In this document: piece by piece, positions 1 through 13,237 of the stretch
Layout of the letters: each line of letters starts with the position of its first letter
How positions within the stretch are numbered: position 1 is the stretch's first letter
NCBI GenBank assembly: GCA_951406725.2
Contig: OX597820.1
Location: 97,464,001 to 97,528,000, forward strand
Direction: 5' to 3'
Origin: Octopus vulgaris
Lineage: Eukaryota
DNA: 64,000 bases
Notes under the pieces: model-generated
What the model saw: only the letters and a program-made list of their open reading frames with translations
Told to the model about the DNA's origin: nothing
The model's database searches: none
Made by a program: the position numbers and the translations under genes

Positions 1-389
1 ATAATACATACACATACATACATACATACATACATACATACTTAATACATACATACATACAAACAAACATACATACATACATACAAACATACATACATAC
101 ACATACATACATAATACATACTTTAATAATACATACATACATACATAATACATACATACTTAATACATACATAATACATACATAATACATACATACATAA
201 TACATATATACATACAAACATACATACATACATACATACATACATACATACATACATACATAATACATACAAACATACATACATACATACATACATACAA
301 ACATACATACATAATACATACATACATACAAACATACATACATACACACATAGATACATACATAATACATACATACAAACATACATACA

Positions 390-420
<31 letters not shown>
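1..420. repeat. (CATA)n degenerate tetranucleotide microsatellite
   Basis: Read directly from the sequence; ends about 30 bp upstream of the SoxF ATG. Confidence 0.95.
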
Positions 421-422
<2 letters not shown>

Positions 423-452
423 GGATATAGAGAAATAGATATCAAAGAAATT

Positions 453-553
453 ATGAAGACAATGTTTCGACCTTGTCACAACAGTAACAACAACAAACTT
501 TCACTACAAGAACATAAACAACATCAACAGAATCGCGAAACGACCACAGGACT

Positions 554-589
<36 letters not shown>

Positions 590-2328
590 GTCGTCGTCAA
601 CGTCGTCGTCGTCGTCACCACCAACGCCACACACGACGCTGAATGTAAATAAGAACAGGGCTTCACCTTCTCCGTCGCCGTCGCCGTCGCGCGCATTATC
701 ATCTCTTCCCTCAACTCCCCTTTTAACAACTACCTCTTCCACCCCCTCCTCCGCTTCTTCTACGCCGTCCTCCTCTTTCTCTGCCACCGCCTCTTTTGCT
801 GCTGCTGCTGCTGCCGCTTCGTCGGTTGCTCTGCACGACTCCTCCCCCTCTGCCCCGTATCGCACCTCCTTCACTTCTTCTACCTCCTCCTCCTCCTACT
901 CTTCTATTTCCCCGTCCGTTATTCACTCCCTCTCCTTCTCTCCTCCTCACACCCTGCCGGTTAAGTCTCTTACTTCCACCTTAGCTGGCTCACAAGAAAC
1001 AGGTGGTTACTTCTCCAGTAGCAATAGCAATAGTGGTAGTAGTAGTAGTAGTAGTAGTAGTAGTAATAGTAGTAGTGAAAGTAATAAGAGTAGTGGTAGC
1101 AGTAGGAGTAACAGCGTTGTCAGTGTCAAGAGCGAGAGCAGCAGCGACAGTGGTTATCCAATTAGCAGCAGCAGGAGCAGTGCTTGGGGAGAGGGCGGTG
1201 TCAGCGGCGTTGTTGTCAGCAGCAGCAGCAGCGGCAACTGTAGTAATAGTGGTGGTGGCGGCGGTGTTTGTATTATTGATGGTGGTGACGGTGGTGGTGG
1301 AAGTAACCTACGCGTCATCAACCCTGCTGGAAGTATATTTGCCACTCTGAATTTCGATGTTGACTATAACGGCGACCTGAATTCGCCTTCTCGTATCTCC
1401 TGCTATAATAATAATAATAACAGCAGCAACAACAGCAACAACAACTACGACAACGATAATAATAATAATAATAATAATATTAATTGTAATAATTATAATA
1501 ACAATAATTGTATTAATAATTGTAATAATAATTGGTTTTTCGGACAGCTTTTACCGTGGCTGAAACCGAATTCGTTTAGAATGCACACCACTTTGCAATC
1601 ACCGACAACAGCTACGGTAACACCAACACCAACAACAACACCATCACCGCAACAACAACAGAAACAACATCAACAACAGTCACAACAACAACAACCACAA
1701 CATCCTCATCATCATCATTCCTTTCAAAAACTCCAGTCTCCTCATTCTGGGGGGCATCAAACATCTCTTCTTTCGATTCCACCATTTGCTCTAACACCTG
1801 TACAACAGCAACAACAACAACAAGTACAACAACAACAACAATCTCAAAATCAATCACAGCAACAATTACAACAACAACAACAACATCACCAACAACAACA
1901 GCAGCAACATCATCATCAGCAATTTCATCCAGAGTGGATGCTGGGCGGAGGAATGTTGTCTGCTCAACAACAACAACAACAGCAACAGCATCACCAGATG
2001 TCGAACTCGGAACGTACGTGGGCCCGGTCTATGGAATTTACCAGTGCGGGCTCTGTCGCTGTCGCCGGCCCAATGGCCAGCCTGGGGAACAATAGCTCTG
2101 CCTCGGTCGGATCGAGCGTAGTAGCCGTGAACCACGGTACCCCGAATGGTACCACCAACACTAATAACAAACCTTACACAACGGCGACGGGTGGCCGAAC
2201 GAGGCGCTCGGAACAGACGCATACGCCCAGACCTATGAATGCCTTCATGGTGTGGGCCAAGAAAGAGCGCAAGAAGTTGGCGGATGAGAATCCGGATGTC
2301 CATAACGCTGACTTGAGTAAAATGCTCG
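453..2328 (+). CDS. SoxF: SoxF-class HMG-box transcription factor, first coding exon (long low-complexity N-terminus plus N-terminal half of the HMG box)
   Basis: The ORF encodes [34 protein letters not shown] (2229-2328), which matches the SoxF HMG signature as I recall it (Sox7/17/18, Drosophila Sox15). Similarity stops at G|GTAAGT (2328|2329), the phase-1 intron position known in SoxF/SoxD HMG boxes. The start codon at 453 is less certain than the 3' end. Confidence 0.9.
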
Positions 2329-2696
2329 GTAAGTTGTTATTGTTATTTATATTGTTTTTAGTTTATTTATCTATTTCTTCGTCTTTGAAGAAATGCGTTT
2401 AGTGTAATCCTTACCTACCAGTTTTGCGTAAACACGCGTAAAACACGTCAACATATATATATATACACACAGGATAATCGTTCATTCCTGATATATATAT
2501 ATATGTATGTGTTTGTGTGTGTGTGTGTATATACACACACTGCACTTGAACATTATTGAAATTTCGTACATATACATGTAAATGTATATATATATATACA
2601 TGCATAATGCACCCCTTATTCCTTCGAAATTAGGAATATGCAGTCTTCGAAACATGTCGAGAATGAAGGAATTTTGTTAAATCGTCGTTCAACTCC

Positions 2697-2755
<59 letters not shown>

Positions 2756-2910
2756 ATATGATATTCATGTACATACAGTATACATGTATGTATGTATCTG
2801 TTGATACGTAAGTTCATATGCGTGGTTAAAGGTGTTTTTTTAAACATGTTATGTATCACTATGCATATGTATATAAAACATGTGTGTGCGTATATATACA
2901 TATATATATG

Positions 2911-2964
<54 letters not shown>

Positions 2965-3112
2965 AACAAACATACACACATGTATACACACACACACACA
3001 TACAAGTAAGCACAACATATGTGTAAAACAAGGTGGAAAAAGTTATACTCGAATAGTGAAGGTACAGCAATGTGCTTTTTTAAATCACTGCTGTAAAAAC
3101 ATAACAAAATAA

Positions 3113-3151
3113 CTGCTACTCAAGAGTTTCACGTTCCCGTTCGTCGGGCAA
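3113..3151 (-). ncRNA. Minimal type-I hammerhead ribozyme motif (U4C core)
   Basis: Minus strand reads ttgc-CCGACGA-acg(ggaa)cgt-GAA-actc(tt)gagt-A-gcag. All three stems can be drawn; GUA cleavage triplet. Confidence 0.7.
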
Positions 3152-3187
3152 TTTTTTTCGTAATGTTGTTGCACTTTTAATAAAAAA

Positions 3188-3237
<50 letters not shown>

Positions 3238-3429
3238 TGTGTGTGAGTATGGATATGTATGTGTTTATACATGTATACATGTTTACACGAGTGTGTGTGT
3301 ATATATGTATGTTTATAAATATGTATTTGTTTATATATAATATATGTAAGTTTACACGTTTGTATATGATATATAGATGGATGTGAATGAAAGTATGTGA
3401 GTGAGTTGGTATGTGTCTATGTGTATACC

Positions 3430-3660
3430 TATTTCTTTATTATCCACAAGGGGCTAAACATAGAGGGGACAAACAAGGACAGACATAGGTATTAAGTCGC
3501 TTACATCGACCCCAGTGCGTAACTGGTACTTGGTTTATCGACCCCGAAAGGATGAAAAGTAAAGTCGACCTCGGCGGAATTTGAACTCACAACGTAACGG
3601 CGGACGAAATGCCGCTAAGCATTTCGCCCGACGTTCTAACGTTTCTGCCATCTCGCCGTC
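3430..3660 (-). mobile_element. tRNA-derived SINE family 2 (Nin-domain-like)
   Basis: Reverse complement of ...gagttcaaattccgccgaggtcgacttt(g/a)c(c/t)tttcatcctttcggggtcgataaa..., which recurs many times in the window. Confidence 0.85.
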
Positions 3661-3839
3661 CATGTGTATACCTTTAGACATATTTATCTGTGCTTCCATG
3701 TATGTAATTTTCTGCGTATTTATGAACACACATACACACACGCACTTTGCATGTAAATGTGTCTATTTTGTGCCCCCAGCATGATTGTAGCTTTAAAGCT
3801 GAAACAAGTTAAAGGAAGTTTTATAATCATATAAACATG

Positions 3840-3874
<35 letters not shown>

Positions 3875-4029
3875 ACTCACACACACACACACACACACAC
3901 TCACACACTCACACACTCACACATGTTCGCATATATTTACAGACATGCGTTCAGCTACGTATATCTGTTTATCTATCTATCTATCTATGGTACTACTTGG
4001 GAACAGTGGGCCCGGTGCGCGCATCCGCG

Positions 4030-4220
4030 CTAGTTAGTCGTGACTAGTCGATCCTACAACGGCTACCTAGCAAAGTAAATAAAACACAAAATCACAAAGT
4101 AAATTTTTTTTAAAAACAAAGTACATAACACAAAAAACACAAAGTAAGGATCGACTAGTCATGACTAGCTAAGCTCCAGCATGGATCGACTAGTCATGAC
4201 TATCTATGCTCCAGCATGGC
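4030..4220. repeat. Inverted repeat (tagtcgtgactagtcgatcct / aggatcgactagtcatgacta) with a local direct duplication of the right arm
   Basis: Arms at about 4036-4056 and 4147-4168. The right arm plus ctccagcatgg is repeated at about 4182-4220. Confidence 0.7.
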
Positions 4221-4625
4221 CATAGTTTAATGACTGAAAGAAATAAAACATAATTAGGGTTATTCCGAAGTACATGTTACCGAGACAATCACACAATCAT
4301 ATAAACCCTGTACATGAAAGGAAACCTATTACACACACACGCACGCACACACACACACACACACACAGACACACACACACACACACACACACAAACAAAC
4401 ACATGCACACGTCTTCATAAACATATACAAACACACACAGGCACGCACACACACACACATACATGCACGAACGCACACACACACACATATAACATGACAG
4501 TGGTGGAAACTTAATCACACTACAGACACGTGTTTTCAACGTCTTAAGAATGCGAATTGGGTGGCGGTTGAATGACGAAATGTCATGTGTGTATGTATGT
4601 ATGTATGTATGTATGTATGTAGAGT

Positions 4626-4672
<47 letters not shown>

Positions 4673-5058
4673 GCGTATATGTATATGCGTTTGTTTGTTC
4701 CATGTACGTTTTTCTTCTTCCATACATCTGGTCCTTAATATGAAGTACGCATCTTGTATGTTTATTTGTTTATGTACATTATGTATATTGAATATATATA
4801 TATATATGTATATAAGCTCATGGTGTGACTGCGTGGTAAGAAGCTTGCTTCCCAACCACTTGATTCCGCGTTCAGTCCCACTGCATGACACCTTGGGCAA
4901 ATGTTTTGTACTATAGACTTTGGCCGGCCAAAGCCTTGTGAATCGAAATGGTAGAGGAAACTCGTATATATGTGTGTTTGGGTCCGAAAGAAGACTGCCG
5001 TGATGCATACATACATACCTGTATATATATATATATATATATATACTTACATGCATAC

Positions 5059-5102
<44 letters not shown>

Positions 5103-5107
5103 TTACA

Positions 5108-5158
<51 letters not shown>

Positions 5159-5204
5159 TATATATATATATATATATACATACATGCATACATATATATA
5201 TGCA

Positions 5205-5745
5205 TCTTTTATCGTTTACTTGTTTCAGTCATTAGACTGCGGTCATACTGCAGCAACGCCTTGAAGTTTTAGTTGAATCGACCCCAGTACTTGCTTTTTA
5301 AATCTGGTACTTATTCTATCGGATCCTTTTGCCGAACCGCTAAGTTACTTGGATGCAAACACACCAACACCGATTGTCAAGCGGTGGTGGTGGGACAAAC
5401 ACAGATATAATGGCTTGTGCACGTGCGCACACACACACACATACGATGAGCTTCTTCTAGTTTCCGTCAGCCAAATCCCCTCACAAGACTTTGGTCGACC
5501 CGTGCCTATAGTAGAAAACTAAAGTCTTGTGAGGGGATTTGGCTGACGGAAACTAGAAGAAGCTCATCGTATGTGTGTGTGTGTGTGCGCACGTGCACAA
5601 GCCTTTATATCTGTGTTTGTCCCACCACCACCGCTTGACAACCGGTGTTGGTGTGTTTGCATCCAAGTAACTTAGCGGTTCGGCAAAAGGATCCGATAGA
5701 ATAAGTACCAAGGTCTCACGCAGTGAGGCTGAACCGGGAACCATA
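5205..5745 (-). mobile_element. SINE family 1 copy containing a ~190-bp fold-back inverted duplication
   Basis: Arms 5305-5492 and 5521-5710. SINE sequence resumes at 5711. Confidence 0.9.
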
Positions 5746-7272
5746 TACATAAATGTGCGTGTGTATTTGTGTTTGTCCCCCCACTATCCCTTGACAACTG
5801 TTGTTGGAGTGGTTACGTTCGCGTAACATGGCTGTTCGGCCAATGCGATCGACAGAATGAGTACAAGGCTTTAAAAATAAATAAATATATGGGTGATTAT
5901 TCTAGGTGTTGCTCTTGCATGGTTTGCAGTCTGACTGAGCGAGTGGAAAAAAAGGTTAATATAAAGATCTTCACACGTTAACAAAAGCCCCAACTCCTAA
6001 AAAAAAAAATTCAGCCTGCTGGGTGCTAACAACTGTATAGAAAACGAATATGACAAAAAAAAAAAAAAATAAATAACCTGGTGGGTGGGAAGAGGACTTT
6101 CGGAAAATTCACAAGATCCGATTTTTTCGTCATAACTTTCAGGAAAATGGACACGTTTTTGGTTATTGGAGGATCCGATTCTGAAACAAAAGTTTTCAAA
6201 AGTTGCTTTTTCAAAATTTGGATTTCCCCTATCCTCTTCATTTTTCACTTCTTCCGAATTTTTTTTTTTTCTGTTTTTTCTTTTTTTTTTTTTGCGAAAT
6301 ACATAGAAAAATACGAAGATTAGGATTCTGAAAAAATTTTGTTTGTAAAATTTCAATTTTTCAACAAATATATATTTATATAAGCTCGTCGTATATATGT
6401 ATATATATGTGTGCGTTTATTTTTCTGTGTCTGTGTTTGTCCCCCTGGCATTGCTTGACAGCCGATGCTGGTGTGTCCCCGTCACTTAGCGGTTCGGCAA
6501 AAAAGACCGATAGAATAAGTACTGGGCTTACAAAGAATAAGTCCCGGGGTCGAGTTGCTCGACTAAAGGCGGTGCTCCAGCATGGCCGCAGTCAAATGAC
6601 TGAAACAAGTAAAAGAGTAAAAGAGTAATATACACCCCAACCCCTTTCTCTCTCGATTCTACGGCCTTGGCCTTCAAGCAGGCTATCCACATGCTAGAAA
6701 TAACAGCCAAAACTGCGATAACATAATGAACACCTTTTAGAGTGTTTTTTTTTTCTTTTTCGTTTTAGTGACCGGGCACTGCCGTGATCCTTTTTACTGT
6801 TTCACTATAAGAAACAGACAAAACAATCGTTCATTTTCACTTTTAGATAGGGAGGGGGGAATTAGTAAACACAAATTCAAATTTTTTTTATGAAAAACTC
6901 CGGGGCTAAAGCAGTTTCGCACCTCTCCTTGACAAATGCAGTTTTTTGGAACAATATTTTCGGACTCCTACGCTTTTGATGTCGGAGATTAGCAATATGC
7001 AAAAAGAATTTTTTTCTTAATTTCGCCTCTACCCGCTCCCAAGTTAAATTTTTGATTTTGTTTACTTTAAAGAGATCGTAATCTCCGAGATAGGAATCCA
7101 GAAAATGCATTTCTCAAGGAGAGGTGCGAAATTGCATGAGCCTCATTTTTTCCATATTCTTAATCTCCGTATTTTTCAACGTAGATCGATTGAAAATTTA
7201 AGAAAAAAAAATTTTTTTAAGTTAAAAAAAAACACTTTAATTTCTGCGTAAGATCTGGTAAGCCTAAACGAG

Positions 7273-7328
<56 letters not shown>

Positions 7329-7351
7329 TATGTAACATGATGCAACAAAGT

Positions 7352-7451
7352 GTACCCTGATGATCCGTTGTAGTTGAGCATCTAACATGCACTCGGAACA
7401 CCTATTGCAGGGCTCTAGAAATAACCACGATGTTGAAACGAGTGTAGGAAC
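7352..7451 (+). ncRNA. Degenerate hammerhead-like motif with long stem II
   Basis: gtacc-CTGATGA-tc cgttgtagtt...aaccacgatg tt-GAAA-cgagtg-TA-ggaac, just after a (TA)n tract. Stems are imperfect. Confidence 0.4.
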
Positions 7452-7557
7452 CAGACTATTAACTTGTTTTGATTCTTATTTCTCATCTCTCTCTTTCCCC
7501 GCTTCTCCTTCACCCTCTCCCCCCTCTCTCTCTCTTTACACACACGTAAATATATAC

Positions 7558-7614
<57 letters not shown>

Positions 7615-7617
<3 letters not shown>

Positions 7618-7772
7618 TCTTTTACTTGTTTCAGTCATCTGACTGTGGCCATATTCGAGCAAATCGATCCCAGGACTTATTCTTTGTAAGCCTAGTATTT
7701 ATTTTATCTGTGACGTAAACACACCAGCATCGGTTGTCAAGCGATGTTGGGGGGACAAACACAGACACACAA

Positions 7773-7825
<53 letters not shown>

Positions 7826-7982
7826 CGTATATACGACAGGCTTCTTTCAGTTTCCGTCTACCAAATCCACTCACAAGGTGTTGGTCGGCTCGAGACTATA
7901 GTAGAAGACACTTGCCCAAGGTTCCACGCAGTGGGACTGAACCCAGAACCAAGCTACTTATCACACAGCCACTCCTGCGCCT
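7615..7982 (-). mobile_element. tRNA-derived SINE family 1 (CORE-like ccttgggcaagtg motif, internal microsatellite)
   Basis: Matches the recurrent consensus ggagtggctgtgtggtaag...gggttcagtcccactgcgtggcaccttgggcaagtgtcttctactatag...gactgaaacaagtaaaagag. Confidence 0.85.
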
Positions 7983-8037
<55 letters not shown>

Positions 8038-8041
<4 letters not shown>

Positions 8042-8220
8042 ATCCAAACAAGAAAATACACAAAACCACAGCAACGCGAGGACGTGGAACAAATAAAAAG
8101 TATTATTGGACGCTCAGGAAAGAAGGGAAGAAGGAGAGTTTAACGTTTCGAGCGGAGCTCTTCGTCGGAAACATAGGAGAAGGAAAGATCCAGAGGAAAA
8201 AAATCGCCAGCGGTACTCAT

Positions 8221-8224
<4 letters not shown>
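8038..8224 (-). mobile_element. Family-A hammerhead-bearing Penelope-like non-autonomous repeat in (TA)n; HHR at 8138-8172
   Basis: Minus strand gttt-CCGACGA-a-gagc(tcc)gctc-GAA-acgt-T-aaac, flanked on both sides by (TA)n. Confidence 0.75.
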
Positions 8225-8260
<36 letters not shown>

Positions 8261-8302
8261 CAATAATAATTCTCTAAAAGGGCTATAGACAGTAACTGCT
8301 CG

Positions 8303-8540
8303 ATAACATAAGGGACTAAAGCCATCTGAATATGGCTAGGGACAGGCAGGTGGTGGGGGTGTTACTGTTGCATTTAGCCCCAGGCGAACATCGACGTCAC
8401 TTGCAGGTTAAGGGCACCGTGACGGTGTCGAGCCTTTCTGGTGACGTCGATGTTCGCCTGGGGCTAAATGCAACAGTAACACCCCCACCACCCTGCCCTG
8501 TCCCTAGCCATATTCAGATGGCTTTAGTCCCTTATGTTAT
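8303..8540. repeat. ~100-bp-arm inverted repeat (fold-back)
   Basis: Arms 8303-8400 and 8441-8540 are near-perfect. The 40-nt spacer contains its own hairpin, ggcaccg-tga-cggtgtc. Confidence 0.9.
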
Positions 8541-8927
8541 ATATATATATAAACTCAGTTAATATATATATCTGTATATAAAACGTGAACTTACTAATAT
8601 AAAACATATATATTTACATACACATGTATACATACGTATATATATATGCAAAGCCTGCGCGTGTTTGTGTATGTGTGTGTGTGCACTTCCTAGTTGGAAG
8701 TTCAAAGGTCACGTTGACCAGTCCTCTGCTCGGTCGCAAGGTTATCAAAAAAAAAAAAAGAAACAAAAAAGAAAGAAAAAAAGGAGGGGCCTTGATCTAT
8801 TAGTCATCCATCCCAGAATCATACATATTTTAAACTTTGTATACATACGTTCGTACGCATTCATAATTATGTATGTATGTATGCGTATACATATGTACGT
8901 AACCATGTGTGTGTATATATGTGTTCG

Positions 8928-9011
<84 letters not shown>

Positions 9012-9036
9012 ATGTGATGGACAGTGGACACACGCA

Positions 9037-9096
<60 letters not shown>

Positions 9097-9100
<4 letters not shown>

Positions 9101-9300
9101 ACCGCGTGTGTACCGTAGGCGATTTTTTCCCTCCGTCTTCCCTTCTCTGGATCTTTCCTTTTCCTATGTTTCTGACGAAGAGCTCCGCTCGAAACGTAAA
9201 ACCCTCCTTCTTCCCTTCCTTCATGAGCGTCCAATAATACTATATTTGTTCCACGTCCTCGCGTTGTTGTGTTTTCTCTTGGTGTTTTATGTTTGGATTA

Positions 9301-9305
<5 letters not shown>
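9097..9305 (+). mobile_element. Family-A hammerhead-bearing repeat; canonical-core HHR at 9168-9202
   Basis: gttt-CTGACGA-a-gagc(tcc)gctc-GAA-acgt-A-aaac; predicted cut after 9198. (TA)n on both sides. Confidence 0.8.
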
Positions 9306-9350
<45 letters not shown>

Positions 9351-9870
9351 GAGAGAGAGAGAGATATATAATGAGATATATATATATATATAATGAGATA
9401 TATACAACACACATAATACATAAGCGAGACCCATAATGTGGTTGCACGAACTACGAGAAATGCTAACCAATTTATATTTAAATTATACCCTAGCGACTTA
9501 TAAATGAAGGAAACATAGTATATCAAATAAACGATGAGATGGACAGAGTGGATACGATAGAGGTTCGAATCGACGTGTTGGTCATGATGAGAACGCTTTC
9601 AGAGCAATAATAAGTTCCATACACATATGCTTCGAAGTTGATGAAGCTGTTAGAAATAGCGAAATATCCTGTGGTATTGAGATAGTAGTTAAATATTAGG
9701 TGATGTACTCCTAGAGAGACCATGCCTCTGAATAAGATGGAATTGTCCCTTGGCAGTTGGGTCTGCTCAGTCAAGGATGACCAGGGGCTAAAGCAGAAAA
9801 AAATAAGCCAGACACACGTACATACATATTACATGCATAGGCACAAGCACACACATATACAATCAAATGC

Positions 9871-9901
<31 letters not shown>

Positions 9902-10622
9902 TCTAATTTAGGGCAAGCAGTTTTGAAGGGAGGGAGTTTGTCATTACCATACGCCCGAGAACATCTATCTATCTATCTATTTTTTTTCCTTTCCTCTTCC
10001 CCCCCTTAAAAAATTTTTTTTATCCCCCCCCCCTTTTTTTTGTCCTCTTTCTTTCCCTTTACGATCCCTTTTGATCGAAAACCAAACCCCATTTTTTTTT
10101 ACCCCCCAAAAGAAAAGCTCTACCTTGTAATTTGTCCTGTCTATGTGCAGCCCTGTGTGGTTAATAAAGAAACATATCTATCTATCTGTCTGTCTGTCTT
10201 TCTGTCTGCCTGCATGCCTCTCTGTCTGTCTGCCTGTCTCTCTCAGTCAGTCAGTCAGTCAGTCTGTCTGTCTGTCTATGTATGTATGTACCCACACACG
10301 CAATCATGTTTTGCGTTCTATTTCTCTGTTTACATCACCGAAACATATATGCGCGCGCGCGTGTGTGTGTGCGTGTGTGCGCGGTCATGTATGCACATGT
10401 ATCTATATCTATATGCGTGTATATGTACATATGTGCATACATATATGCTTATATATATATGTTTGTGAGTGTGCGTGTGCGTATATATATATATATATAT
10501 GCGTGTACACACAAGCATACATACATACAAACACACATACAAACATATATATATATATATGTGTATGCATATAATTTAGGGCAAACAGTTACGAAGGAAG
10601 GGGCTTAGTTATTTCCATACGA

Positions 10623-10996
<374 letters not shown>

Positions 10997-11438
10997 AGTG
11001 TATGTTATGTATCTCCTCTTCCCAACCGCAGCAGCATGGATTTTAGCGTACTCCTAAAATTCTAACGTTCCGCTATGCACAGGGCAAAACGAAAATACGA
11101 TTCCCACTTGTCACCAGTTGGCAATATGATACGGGGGAGCCGTGGTTTGTTTGTAAATCTAATCTCAAGCTGGCTTCATGTTTGATGTCTCAGTGTAGGC
11201 ACAAGAATTTGGTACTCCACTGAGCGTTTGGACTCGCGTGTGTCGAAATTGATGGGAGCGTCCCATAATATACATAAACGCTACGTTTATCATATTCCTA
11301 CTGACCCACTAATATATATATATATATATAACATATATATATATTATATAGTTATATTATGTATATATATATTACATATATATATATATATATAACATAT
11401 ATATATATATTATATAGTTATATTATGTATATATATAT

Positions 11439-11479
<41 letters not shown>

Positions 11480-11506
11480 CAATTGCAGCATGGAAGGTGT
11501 TTGTAA

Positions 11507-11548
<42 letters not shown>

Positions 11549-11549
<1 letters not shown>

Positions 11550-11934
11550 TAGCAGTATCGCCCGGCGTTGCTCAGGTTTATAAGGGAAATAACTATAAAG
11601 CATTTTTAGAGAGTTATAGCCAAAAAATAGCAAAAAAATGGAAAAAAAAATGATGGTAAATTTTTTTTTGAGAGTTAAAAAAGGTGGAGTTGCGTCCCCT
11701 AGACGGTCTGTGGTTTGGGTTTCTGATTCTCGACCCCATGTCGAATTTATCGATTTTTTTCAGAACTGGGGGAACTTTTCAAAATTTTCGCTGCGTTAGT
11801 TTTGAATTATGACATTGGGCTATGTGTGTGTCAAGTTTCATCAGAATCGGTTGAAAGCCGTGGTCAGAGTGAGGGTACGAGAAAACAGACACACAGAAAA
11901 CGCACAGACAAACTGCCGTTTATATAGAGAGAGA
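11549..11934 (-). mobile_element. Non-autonomous Helitron
   Basis: Minus strand begins A|TCtctctctatataaacggcag and ends with subterminal hairpin cctgagcaacgccggg followed by ...tgCTAG|T. Inserted at an AT dinucleotide inside (TA)n with no TSD. Confidence 0.75.
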
Positions 11935-12057
11935 TATACATATATTATATATATATATATATATACATATATTATATATATATATATACATATATTATAT
12001 ATTATATATATATATATATCTTATATTATATATTATATATATATAATATGTTGAGTT

Positions 12058-12362
12058 CGGCCATGCTGGAGCACCGCCTTTAGTCGAGCAGGTCGCCCCC
12101 AGGACTTACTCTTTGTAAGCCTAGTACATATTCTATAGTCTCTTAAACCGCTAAGTTACGGGGATGTAGACACATCAGCACCGGTTGTCAAGCGATGTTG
12201 GTGGACAGACACACCAACACACATATACGACGAGCTTCTTTCAGTTTCCGTCTCACAAGGTTTGGTCCGCTCGAGGCTTTTGTGGAAGACACTTTTGCAA
12301 GGTGCCACACAGTGGGACTGAACTCGGAAGTAAGCAAGCTACTCACAGCTGCTCCAGCGCCT
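12058..12362 (-). mobile_element. SINE family 1 (diverged)
   Basis: Match to the family consensus. Confidence 0.8.
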
Positions 12363-12567
12363 AGATTATATATATCTTATATATATTACATATATATATT
12401 GTATATATATATATTATATATATTATATATACATATTATATATATATATATTATATATACATATATATATTATATATTCATATATATATTATATATTATA
12501 TATACATATATATTATACATATTACATATACATTTATATTATATATATGTATAGTATATTATATATG

Positions 12568-12604
<37 letters not shown>

Positions 12605-12828
12605 AATATATATACTTGATGCAATTATGTATGTATATATATATATATACATATATATATATACATACATATATATATATACACACATACATACATAAGC
12701 AAGTATTTGGACTTGTTGAATGCTCGAAATGAGGAGGAGTAGATAGACAGCCGACAGCTGATGAAGGGTCCTTCCTTGGTCTTATTTGCACTGTTGGTGT
12801 CCTCCTGTACCCATATATGTATGTATAT

Positions 12829-12862
<34 letters not shown>

Positions 12863-13159
12863 GTATGTATGAATGAATGTATGTATATATGATGATGATG
12901 ATGATAAAGATGTATATATATATATATACATATATAATATTATATATGTGTATGCTTATATACACGTGCATAATAAATATATAGACACACACACGCATAT
13001 ATATATTTATCATCATCATCATATATACATACATAAATACAAGCGCAAACGTGTTTTCATCCATGTACTTGCGCATCTATTAACCTATATCTGTATACTT
13101 ATATACTTTTTTATATACACGCTCACGTAATTATGTATGCACGCGTACATCCATTTATC

Positions 13160-13237
<78 letters not shown>

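Noticed and set aside
451-2303. Antisense and alternate-frame ORFs over the SoxF exon
   Set aside because: They are shadows of trinucleotide repeats with no recognisable domain.
2329-2402. C-terminal extension [23 protein letters not shown] of the 649-aa ORF (looks transmembrane)
   Set aside because: It is read-through past a consensus splice donor at the conserved HMG intron position.
2605-2665. Hairpin plus GAA-ACATGT-C (3' half of an HHR); similar halves near 23510, 25605 and 43940
   Set aside because: The CUGANGA box is missing or too decayed, so these are not counted.
9632-9674. HHR-like ttgatga-a-gctgtt(aga)aatagc-gaaatatc
   Set aside because: Stem I is poor, and the tagaaatagc segment belongs to another common repeat; likely chance.
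12715-12790. CTGATGAAGGG with an upstream GAAA (related sequence at 19857-19905 on minus), a possible type-II HHR
   Set aside because: I could not draw convincing stems I and III.
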